58,422 nt of DNA from positions 1 through 58,422 of the forward strand of contig WTGA01000170.1 in NCBI GenBank assembly GCA_011523765.1, written 5' to 3'. Positions 28,271 through 36,838 of the stretch are shown one piece after another (the stretch's first letter is position 1; each line of letters begins with the position of its first letter). Under the pieces are notes generated by a model. That model made no database searches and had not been told where the DNA came from. It was given only the letters and a program-made list of their open reading frames with translations. A program made the position numbers and the translations under genes. The DNA is from Gammaproteobacteria bacterium. GTDB taxonomy: Bacteria > Pseudomonadota > Gammaproteobacteria > Arenicellales > Poriferihabitantaceae.

Positions 28271-30163
28271 ATGTCGTATAGCGAAGTTTACCAAAAAGCC
28301 TGCCGGAATCCGGAAGAGTTCTGGGCTGAAATCGCGGAAAACGTGCACTGGTACAAAAAGTGGGACAAGGTTCTGGATGATTCGGACAAGCCGTTTTACC
28401 GCTGGTTCAGCGGCGGCCGGACCAATGTCTGTTACAACGCGGTTGACCTGCACGTCGAAGAAGGCCGGGGGGAACAGGCGGCCATCATCCATGACAGTGC
28501 CATTACAAACCGCCAGCAGACCATCACCTACAACGATTTGAAAGCCGAAACGGCCCGTTTCGCCGGTGTGCTGAAAGCCCATGGTGTCGGGTATGGTGAC
28601 CGGGTGGTGATCTATATGCCAATGATTCCCGAAGCGGTCATCAGCATGCTTGCGTGCGCTAGGATCGGTGCCGTGCACTGCGTGGTTTTCGGGGGGTTTG
28701 CTTCCAATGAGCTGGCCATTCGAATCGACGACTGTGAACCCAAGCTGGTGGTATCCGCGTCCTGTGGCCTGGAGCCGGGCCGTACCGTCGAATACAAGCC
28801 GCTTCTGGACCAGGCGATCGGACTGGCCCGCCACAAACCCGATCATTGCATCGTTCTGCAACGCCCCCAGGCGGAAGCCACCATGATTGATGGACGGGAC
28901 ATCGACTGGACCCGTGCCATGCAGGAAGCCGGGCAGGTCGAGTGCGTCCCGGTGCTGGCCACGGACCCGCTGTACATTCTCTATACTTCGGGCACCACCG
29001 GCCAACCGAAAGGGGTGGTTCGGGATACGGCAGGCGGGATCGTCTCATTGAAATGGAGCATGAAGAATATCTACAACATGGAGCCGGGTGAGGTGTACTG
29101 GGCCGCATCCGATGTGGGATGGGTGGTCGGCCATTCCTATATCGTGTATGCGCCCCTGTTTAACGGCAACACCACCATCGTGTTTGAAGGCAAACCCGTG
29201 GGCACGCCTGACCCGGGGGTATTCTGGCGGGTCATATCCGAACACCGGGTGAAGGTGCTGTTCACGGCGCCCACTGCGTTTCGCGCCATCAAGAAGGAGG
29301 ACCTGCATGGAGACTTTATCAAAAAATATGATATTTCATGCCTGGAATCCCTTTTTCTGGCCGGGGAGCGTACCGACCCGGATACACTGAACTGGGCCAG
29401 GGAAAAACTGGGGGTTCCCGTGATTGACCATTGGTGGCAGACCGAAACCGGCTGGGCGATCTGCTCCAACTGCATGGGGATCGAGGCATTGCCCATCAAG
29501 GAGGGTTCGCCAACCCGCCCGGTCCCCGGATGGCAACTCGAAGCGTTGGACGAACAGGCCAATGCCGTGAAACCCGGGGATGTCGGCGCGCTGGTGGTCA
29601 AGCTTCCCCTGCCTCCCGGCACGTTTCCGACATTGTGGAATGCACGGCAACGGTATATGGATTCTTACATGAACACCTATTGCGGATACTATGAGACCGG
29701 GGATGCCGGGTACATTGATGAGGACGGTTATGTATTCGTGATGTCCCGGACGGATGATGTCATCAATGTTGCAGGCCATCGCTTGTCCACGGGCGCCATT
29801 GAAGAGGTGCTGGCATCCCATCCGGATGTGGCGGAATGCGCTGTCATGGGTGTGGCCGATGCCCTGAAGGGCGAGCTGCCCCTTGGCTGCCTGGTCCTGA
29901 ATGCCGGGGTCGAACGGGATGAACGCGAAATTGTCGAGGAATGTATCCGGCTGGTCCGTGAGAAAATTGGTCCGGTTGCGGCATTCAAACTGGCCACGGT
30001 CATCAAAAGACTGCCGAAGACCCGTTCTGGAAAGATCTTGCGCGGGACCATGAAAAAAATTGCCGATCATGCCGAGTGGAACATGCCTGCAACCATTGAT
30101 GACCCGGCGATCCTGGATGAGATTGCGGAATCTCTCCAGAAGCTCGGCTATGCCGGCGCATGA
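28271..30163 (+). CDS. prpE: Propionate--CoA ligase / acetyl-CoA-synthetase-family acyl-CoA synthetase
   Basis: 630 aa. The N-terminus MSYSEVYQKACRNPEEFWAE...RWFSGGRTNVCYNAVD is PrpE-like. AMP-binding motif YTSGTTGQPKGV and C-terminal LPKTRSGKILR. Confidence 0.8.
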   Translation: MSYSEVYQKACRNPEEFWAEIAENVHWYKKWDKVLDDSDKPFYRWFSGGRTNVCYNAVDLHVEEGRGEQAAIIHDSAITNRQQTITYNDLKAETARFAGVLKAHGVGYGDRVVIYMPMIPEAVISMLACARIGAVHCVVFGGFASNELAIRIDDCEPKLVVSASCGLEPGRTVEYKPLLDQAIGLARHKPDHCIVLQRPQAEATMIDGRDIDWTRAMQEAGQVECVPVLATDPLYILYTSGTTGQPKGVVRDTAGGIVSLKWSMKNIYNMEPGEVYWAASDVGWVVGHSYIVYAPLFNGNTTIVFEGKPVGTPDPGVFWRVISEHRVKVLFTAPTAFRAIKKEDLHGDFIKKYDISCLESLFLAGERTDPDTLNWAREKLGVPVIDHWWQTETGWAICSNCMGIEALPIKEGSPTRPVPGWQLEALDEQANAVKPGDVGALVVKLPLPPGTFPTLWNARQRYMDSYMNTYCGYYETGDAGYIDEDGYVFVMSRTDDVINVAGHRLSTGAIEEVLASHPDVAECAVMGVADALKGELPLGCLVLNAGVERDEREIVEECIRLVREKIGPVAAFKLATVIKRLPKTRSGKILRGTMKKIADHAEWNMPATIDDPAILDEIAESLQKLGYAGA

Positions 30164-30194
30164 GTTGAATTTGACGCCAACCATTGTCCCTTAA

Positions 30195-31133
30195 TTGAAG
30201 CACGCGTTTATCATGGACCCCCTTGAGGGGGTGAAGGCATGGAAGGATACGTCGTATTTTCTGATGCTTGCCTGTATGGAGTACGGGCATCGTGTCTGCC
30301 ATCTGGATCAGCGTGATCTCTGGCTTGAACACGACCAGGTGTATGGCAGGGTATCCTGGCTGGAGGTCCATGCCGAGGTTGATCACCCCTTCACGGTACT
30401 GGAGCAAACCGTCGTGAAGATGGGGGAACTGGATACGGTATGGGTACGTACCGACCCGCCATTTGACCGGCGCTACTTTTACACGACGTTGCTGCTGGAC
30501 TATTTGCCTGCCGGCACCCGGGTGATTAACCGGCCCTGCGGGATCCGGAACTGGAATGAAAAACTGGCGGCGTTGTATTACCCGCAATACACCCCCAGCA
30601 CACTGGTGACCAGCGATGTCAATGCCATCCGGTCTTTTGCGGAAAAACAGGGGCGGGTCACGGTGAAGCCGGTGGATGGTTTTGGCGGCAAGGGCATCGT
30701 GTTTTACCGGCGTGGCGACAATGTCCGGGAACTCGGCGAAGCGACCCGCCAGGGCCGGCAGTGGGTCATTGTGCAGGAATACCTGCCCGCAGCGGCTGAG
30801 GGAGACAAGCGTATTCTGTTGCTCAATGGGAATCCCATGGGAGCGATATTGCGGGTTCACGCGGACGGGTCCGAACTGAATAATATGGATGCCGGGGGGA
30901 CTGCCCATCCCAGCAGTCTGGATGCCAGGGACCGGGAAATCTGTTCTGCATTGAAGAAAGGTCTGGTTGAGCAGGGTGTTTTTTTCGCTGGAATTGATAT
31001 TATTGGCGGTATGCTTATCGAGGTGAACGTCACCAGTCCTACCGGTTTGCAGGAAATGAGCCGTTTCGATGGAGTGGACTACCACCTGCGGATGATCTCC
31101 GCGCTCGCAGGACCTTCGGAAAACCAGCAATGA
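30195..31133 (+). CDS. gshB: Glutathione synthetase
   Basis: 312 aa from TTG 30195 (MKHAFIMDP matches the usual GshB N-terminus). Motifs RTDPPFD, NEKLAALYY, VKPVDGFGGKGI, YLPAAAEGDKRILLLNG, IEVNVTSPTG. Confidence 0.9.
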   Translation: MKHAFIMDPLEGVKAWKDTSYFLMLACMEYGHRVCHLDQRDLWLEHDQVYGRVSWLEVHAEVDHPFTVLEQTVVKMGELDTVWVRTDPPFDRRYFYTTLLLDYLPAGTRVINRPCGIRNWNEKLAALYYPQYTPSTLVTSDVNAIRSFAEKQGRVTVKPVDGFGGKGIVFYRRGDNVRELGEATRQGRQWVIVQEYLPAAAEGDKRILLLNGNPMGAILRVHADGSELNNMDAGGTAHPSSLDARDREICSALKKGLVEQGVFFAGIDIIGGMLIEVNVTSPTGLQEMSRFDGVDYHLRMISALAGPSENQQ

Positions 31134-31720
31134 AGTCACAGATACTGTCATCGTTGAAGGAATCCAGGACCGCCCTGGAAAAACTCATGGATGACCCCGG
31201 AAAAATCGAAGGCATAGCCGCTGCTGCCCGCCTGCTGATCGCGACACTGCAAAACGGCCATGCCATTTACAGTTGCGGGAACGGGGGCTCCATGACCGAT
31301 GCCATGCACTTTGCAGAAGAACTCACCGGGCGATACCGGGATCATCGAAAAGGTCTTGCAGCCACCGCCATCAGCGACCCTGGCCATCTTTCCTGTGTGG
31401 CCAATGATTACGGTTATGAACAGGTGTTTTCCAGGTATCTTGAGGCCAGGGGCAAAGCCGGAGATGCCCTGGTTGCGATCAGTACCAGCGGAAAAAGTGC
31501 AAATGTTCTCAATGCGGCCGAATTTGCACGGGAAAACGGCATCCAGGTCATCACCCTGACCGGAAGCCGTGGGTCAAGACTCGGTGCACTGGCGGATGTG
31601 GATATCCATACGGTCGAGTATCCCTATGCCGACAAGATCCAGGAGTTGCATATCAAGATTTTGCATATCCTCATCGAACTGATCGAACGGTCATTCTTTC
31701 CCGATAATTTCATGGAGTGA
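31130..31720 (+). CDS. gmhA: D-sedoheptulose-7-phosphate isomerase (SIS domain)
   Basis: 196 aa. CGNGGSMTDAMHFAEELTGRYR, ISTSGKSANV and ADKIQELHIKILHILIELIE closely follow E. coli GmhA as recalled. ATGA overlap with the gshB stop. Confidence 0.85.
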   Translation: MKSQILSSLKESRTALEKLMDDPGKIEGIAAAARLLIATLQNGHAIYSCGNGGSMTDAMHFAEELTGRYRDHRKGLAATAISDPGHLSCVANDYGYEQVFSRYLEARGKAGDALVAISTSGKSANVLNAAEFARENGIQVITLTGSRGSRLGALADVDIHTVEYPYADKIQELHIKILHILIELIERSFFPDNFME

Positions 31721-31927
31721 CGCGGTTCCTGCCGGCCATGCTTTTGCAGGCAATCCCGATCCCTTCCCGGTGCCAACCGGTCTGGGACGCACTTTGCGAC
31801 GGACCACTGCGGCATGATTTTTGAACCGGATGTTTCGGGGCACGGGTGATTCGGTCGCCGCCCGCAGGCCTTGATATTTGACGAGAACTCTTTACCCTAT
31901 TCAGTTATTTTTCCAAAGAGCCGGACC

Positions 31928-34900
31928 ATGAAAGACAAATGGGAGTTCTGGATTGACCGCGGCGGCACCTTTACGGATGTCGTTGCCCGTCGGCCGAACG
32001 GTGAGGTGGTCATCCACAAGCTGCTGTCGGAAAACCCGGGACAATACCGGGATGCGGCCATCCAGGGAATCAGGGATGTCCTGGGGGTTGGTGTCGGGAA
32101 TAGGCTGGACACATCCCGGATCTCGGCCATCAAAATGGGTACGACGGTGGCCACCAATGCCCTGCTTGAGCGAAAAGGCGACGATACATTGCTGGTGATC
32201 ACCCGGGGGTTCAAGGACCAGCTGCGAATCGGCTACCAGACCCGGCCGGACCTTTTTGCCCTGGACATCGAACTTCCGGAAATGCTGTACCGTGAAGTCC
32301 TGGAGATCGATGAACGCGTGGATGCACACGGCAATGTCCTGCGTGAACTGGATGCACGGCATGCCCGGGCCCGGTTGCAGCAATACCATGACCGCGGTAT
32401 CCGGTGTGTGGCCATTGTCCTGATGCATGGATACCGCTACCACCAGCATGAACTCGTTCTGGAATCGATGGCAAAAGAGATTGGTTTCACCCAGATTTCG
32501 GTCAGCCACAAGGTCAGTCCGCTGATGAAACTGGTATCCCGTGGAGATACCACTGTGGTGGATGCCTACCTGTCTCCCATTCTTCGCCGATATGTCCACC
32601 AGGTGGCCTGTGAACTGGAGGGTTTTGAAGATCATGGTGGTAAATTGATGTTCATGCGCTCCAATGGGGGGTTGACCGATGCCAGGTTTTTCCAGGGAAA
32701 GGATGCCATATTGTCCGGCCCGGCAGGCGGTGTGGTGGGGATGGCCAGAGTGAGTGAAATGGCAGGAATCAACCGAGTCATTGGTTTCGATATGGGAGGA
32801 ACCTCCACGGATGTCAGTCACTACAACGGCGGGTTTGAAAAAGCCTTTGAAACCAATGTGGCGGGGGTCAGATTGCGGGCACCGATGATGCTGATCCATA
32901 CGGTCGCGGCGGGCGGAGGGTCCATTCTTTCTTTTGATGGGGCCCGTTACCGGGTTGGCCCGGATTCGGCGGGAGCGAACCCGGGTCCATGCGCCTACCG
33001 CAACGGTGGACCGTTAACCATCACAGACTGCAATGTGATGGTGGGAAAACTTCAGCCGGATCTGTTTCCCCGGGTTTTCGGGCGCAATGCAGACCAGCCG
33101 ATTGACGCAGGCAGGGTCCGGGCCGGATTCCAGGCACTGGCCGGCCAGATCCGACACGATACGGGAGATTCGCGCAGTCCAGAAGCCGTTGCAGCGGGTT
33201 TTCTGGCCATTGCGGTGGAGAACATGGCCAATGCCATCAAGAAAGTTTCCGTGCAGCGAGGCTATGATGTTTCCGAGTATACGTTGTGCTGTTTTGGGGG
33301 GGCAGGCGGCCAGCACGCCTGCCTGGTGGCGGATGCCCTGGCAATGAAGCAAATCCTGATCCATCCATTTGCCGGTGTGCTGTCGGCGTACGGGATGGGA
33401 CTGGCGGATACCGTGGTGGACCGTCAACAGGCCATCGAATCGACCCTGGATGAAGCCTTGCTCGGGGAATTGGAGGGGTTGCTGGATGACCTGCAACAGG
33501 CTGGAATGGCCGGACTGGAACAACAGGGGGCTGCCGGCAATGACCTGTCATTCCGAAGATCGTTGCATATTCGCTACCAGGGTTCGGATACTGCACTGAT
33601 CGTCCCTTATGCCCCGCTTGCGGAAGTCGTCGATGGTTTTGAAGAACTCCACCAGATGCGGTTTGGTTTTATTTCACCGGACAAGGAGATGATCGTCGAA
33701 TCCATCCAGATGGAAGTGATCGCCGTGGCCAGGCCCTCCACCATCGTCAACGAACCGGATGCCGGGCGGGCGCACGGGACGGCACCCCGGCCGGAAGTGG
33801 TGAGGGACTGCTTTATGGAAGGCCGCTGGACCGCGATACCCTTCTACCGGCGGGGGGCGCTGACCGTCAATCTGCCGGTCAATGGCCCGGCGATCATTCT
33901 CGACCCCACGGGCACGATGGTGGTGGAACCGGGATGGCGGGCCATTTTGCGCAAGGACAACCACCTGATCCTGCAGCGTTACCTGGAAAAAAAGGAAACC
34001 CGGGCTATCGGGACGGCAGTGGACCCGGTGATGCTGGAAATCTTCAACAATCTGTTTATGTCGATCGCAGAGCAGATGGGGTCCGTTTTGGAAAATACGG
34101 CCGCTTCGGTGAATATCAAGGAACGACTGGATTTTTCCTGTGCCATTTTTGATCCCGGCGGAGGCCTGGTTGCCAATGCCCCCCATATGCCGGTGCACCT
34201 CGGGTCCATGGGAGAAAGCATCAAGATGGTGATCCGGGAACGAGGTGCGGACATCGTTCCGGGGGATGCGTATATCCTCAATGCTCCCTACAACGGCGGC
34301 ACGCACCTGCCGGATGTCACCATCATCAAGCCCGTCTTTACCCGGGAGGGTACCATCCTGTTCTATGTCGCGTCTCGGGGCCACCACGCGGATATCGGAG
34401 GCAAAACTCCGGGATCGGCACCTGCGGATTCCACCAGCATTGAAGAGGAAGGCGTGCTGATCGACAACCAGAAACTGGTGGAGAATGACCTGTTCAGGGA
34501 AAGGGAAATGCTTGAACTGCTGACGGACAATCCGTGGCCGGCCCGGAATCCGCGGATGAACCTGGCGGATTTCAAGGCCCAACTGGCGGCGTGCGAGAAA
34601 GGGGCCAGAGAGCTGCTGAAAATGGTTGAACACTACAGCGTGGAAACCGTGCATGCGTACATGCAGCATGTACAGGACAATGCGGAAGAAGCGGTGCGCC
34701 GTGTATTGAGCGTGCTGAATGATGGCGCGTTTACCTACACCATGGATGATGGCCACCAGATTTCCGTGTCCATCGCAGTGGACCGGGAGAACCGAAAGGC
34801 GGTGGTCGATTTTTCCGGAACGAGTCCCCAGCACCCGGGTAATTTCAATGCGCCGACCGCAGTCGTTCGAGCGGCGGTACTGTATGTGTTCCGTTGCCTG

Positions 34901-35548
34901 GTGGATGACAATATCCCGCTGAATGAAGGTTGTCTCAAGCCGATGGAAATTGTTATTCCCGAGCATTCCATGATCAGGCCGCAGTATCCTGCCGCTGTGG
35001 TCGCCGGCAATGTGGAAACCTCCCAGTACCTGGTGGATACCCTGTTCGGGGCGATCAGGGTGGTGGCTGCAGCCCAGGGAACCATGAACAATTTTATCTG
35101 GGGCAACGAGGAACACCAGTACTACGAAACCATCTGCGGAGGGGCTGGTGCGACCGGCAAGAGGCCGGGTGCGGATGCCGTGCATACCCATATGACGAAT
35201 TCCAGGCTCACCGATCCGGAAGTGCTGGAATGGCGATTTCCGGTCGTGCTCGAATCATTCGAAATCAGGCGGGGTTCCGGAGGGACCGGCAGGAACCCGG
35301 GCGGGGACGGGGTGGTCCGGAAAATTCGTTTCAAGGAGGCCATGACGGCGAATATCATATCGGGCCACCGGAAAGTGCCGCCGTATGGACTCTCTGGCGG
35401 AGGCGACGGCCAGACCGGTGTCAATCGGGTGATTCATGCCGATGGGTCCGTGACCGAATTGTCCGGGACGGACCACATAGAACTGCGGGAAGGGGACCTG
35501 TTCGAGATCAGGACTCCGGGTGGCGGCGGGTACGGTCATGCCAATTGA
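31928..35548 (+). CDS. 5-oxoprolinase (ATP-hydrolysing), fused hydantoinase A/B
   Basis: 1206 aa from ATG 31928 (the ORF track starts at TTG 31871). The N-terminal HyuA motif is WEFWIDRGGTFTDVV. The HyuB-type half begins near DPVMLEIFNNLFMSIAEQMG. Size and fusion fit OPLAH-type enzymes. Confidence 0.85.
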   Translation: MKDKWEFWIDRGGTFTDVVARRPNGEVVIHKLLSENPGQYRDAAIQGIRDVLGVGVGNRLDTSRISAIKMGTTVATNALLERKGDDTLLVITRGFKDQLRIGYQTRPDLFALDIELPEMLYREVLEIDERVDAHGNVLRELDARHARARLQQYHDRGIRCVAIVLMHGYRYHQHELVLESMAKEIGFTQISVSHKVSPLMKLVSRGDTTVVDAYLSPILRRYVHQVACELEGFEDHGGKLMFMRSNGGLTDARFFQGKDAILSGPAGGVVGMARVSEMAGINRVIGFDMGGTSTDVSHYNGGFEKAFETNVAGVRLRAPMMLIHTVAAGGGSILSFDGARYRVGPDSAGANPGPCAYRNGGPLTITDCNVMVGKLQPDLFPRVFGRNADQPIDAGRVRAGFQALAGQIRHDTGDSRSPEAVAAGFLAIAVENMANAIKKVSVQRGYDVSEYTLCCFGGAGGQHACLVADALAMKQILIHPFAGVLSAYGMGLADTVVDRQQAIESTLDEALLGELEGLLDDLQQAGMAGLEQQGAAGNDLSFRRSLHIRYQGSDTALIVPYAPLAEVVDGFEELHQMRFGFISPDKEMIVESIQMEVIAVARPSTIVNEPDAGRAHGTAPRPEVVRDCFMEGRWTAIPFYRRGALTVNLPVNGPAIILDPTGTMVVEPGWRAILRKDNHLILQRYLEKKETRAIGTAVDPVMLEIFNNLFMSIAEQMGSVLENTAASVNIKERLDFSCAIFDPGGGLVANAPHMPVHLGSMGESIKMVIRERGADIVPGDAYILNAPYNGGTHLPDVTIIKPVFTREGTILFYVASRGHHADIGGKTPGSAPADSTSIEEEGVLIDNQKLVENDLFREREMLELLTDNPWPARNPRMNLADFKAQLAACEKGARELLKMVEHYSVETVHAYMQHVQDNAEEAVRRVLSVLNDGAFTYTMDDGHQISVSIAVDRENRKAVVDFSGTSPQHPGNFNAPTAVVRAAVLYVFRCLVDDNIPLNEGCLKPMEIVIPEHSMIRPQYPAAVVAGNVETSQYLVDTLFGAIRVVAAAQGTMNNFIWGNEEHQYYETICGGAGATGKRPGADAVHTHMTNSRLTDPEVLEWRFPVVLESFEIRRGSGGTGRNPGGDGVVRKIRFKEAMTANIISGHRKVPPYGLSGGGDGQTGVNRVIHADGSVTELSGTDHIELREGDLFEIRTPGGGGYGHAN

Positions 35549-35900
35549 TCCCGCCGTTCCTTTCCGGGAATCGGACCTCGCCCGACCCGGGTGCCCTGGT
35601 GAAGGGTTGTGCGCGGCCGCCCCCCGGTGGGACGGCGGTTGGAGGTGCCGGAACGGCAAAGTATCCGGCAACGACCCGGGGACCCCTGAATGGACGGCTC
35701 CCGGGGATGGGCCCGGCCCCTGCGCACGAAGAAATCCGCAGACCGGTATGGGGGCTTCCGGAAGCGGGTTCCGGCGTCACGGCAGGGTTGAAAGAAGAGC
35801 CGGGCCTTCGATTGTCCTGCCGGCGATGCAGGCAGGCCGGTTAAAATTCCAGGCCGTTCAACGTTGGCAGTGTGCCGCATTCATTCAGTGAAGTCCTGCC

Positions 35901-36752
35901 TTGCCCTGTATTGCCATTTCCGTGCTTGCCGGTAAGGACAGCAGATTTCCAGTCGTTTTTCTGGTGCTGGCGGCCCTGTTCGTCCAGCCGGGAAAAATTT
36001 CCTTTGCGAGCGAGCAGGACCCCGTCGTTTATTTGGCGACGACGACCAGTACGGAAAATTCCGGACTGATCGAATATCTCTTGCCGGTGCTGGAGACGGA
36101 CACGGGTTACTTCTACCGGGTCATTGCCGTGGGGACCGGAAAAGCCCTGCAGATGGGGCGGGCGGGGGATGTGGATATATTGCTGGTGCATGCCCGGGAC
36201 AGTGAACTGGAATTTGTGGAAGAGGGATACGGGGTCGACAGGAAGGAGGTGATGTACAACGATTTTGTTGTCGTTGGCCCAAAAGAGGACCCGGCCCGGA
36301 TTGCGGGATCATCCCGGGTACACGATGCATTTGAAAAAATTGGCGCAGCCGCTGCAATGTTTGTTTCCCGCGGAGACCATTCGGGGACCCATGACAAGGA
36401 AATGGAAATCTGGAAGGCAGCCGACCGTGAACCAGAGGGGAACTGGTACAGGGAAGTGGGGCAGGGAATGGGGAAAACCCTTCAAATCGCAAGCGAACTG
36501 GGGGCCTATACCATTGCCGACCGGGGCACCTGGATCTTCACCGAGGAAAAACTGGCTCTGAAAATCCTTTTCCAGGACGATGAGAGGCTGTTCAACCAGT
36601 ACAGCGTCATCACCATCAATCCGGCACTGCATGACGTAAACCATGGCGGAGCCCAAGCGTTTACGCGCTGGATTACATCCGCCGAGGGGCAAAAACGCAT
36701 CAACGAATACAAGATTAATGAAAAAAAACTCTTTCATGCCAATGCCGAGTAG
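35901..36752 (+). CDS. Periplasmic oxyanion-binding protein, TupA-like (tungstate/molybdate family), without cognate permease or ATPase genes
   Basis: 283 aa. TTTS motif (VYLATTTSTENSGL) and SRGDHSGTHDKE are typical of TupA-type binding proteins as I recall them. A signal-peptide-like N-terminus is present. The start is uncertain (TTG 35901 or GTG 35922). Confidence 0.65.
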   Translation: MPCIAISVLAGKDSRFPVVFLVLAALFVQPGKISFASEQDPVVYLATTTSTENSGLIEYLLPVLETDTGYFYRVIAVGTGKALQMGRAGDVDILLVHARDSELEFVEEGYGVDRKEVMYNDFVVVGPKEDPARIAGSSRVHDAFEKIGAAAAMFVSRGDHSGTHDKEMEIWKAADREPEGNWYREVGQGMGKTLQIASELGAYTIADRGTWIFTEEKLALKILFQDDERLFNQYSVITINPALHDVNHGGAQAFTRWITSAEGQKRINEYKINEKKLFHANAE

Positions 36753-36838
36753 GCCGGTGGTTTCTGGGACGGGTTCCCATCCGGCCCGTGATCAGATGGG
36801 GTGCAGGATGATGCCAGCCGGAATGGCCGGGCCGGACA

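Noticed and set aside
33674-35191. Long antisense or out-of-frame ORFs. Examples: 33674-35191(-) 505 aa, 6768-8132(-) 454 aa, 53458-54792(+) 444 aa, 55534-56754(+) 406 aa, 21488-22681(+) 397 aa, 30003-31151(-) 382 aa, 41460-42593(+) 377 aa, 5080-6096(-) 338 aa
   Set aside because: Each lies entirely opposite a gene with strong family motifs (oxoprolinase, mgsC, livM/livH, SBP, gshB, batD, mgsA). Each has shadow-frame composition and no SD or start context. They are treated as by-products of codon bias.
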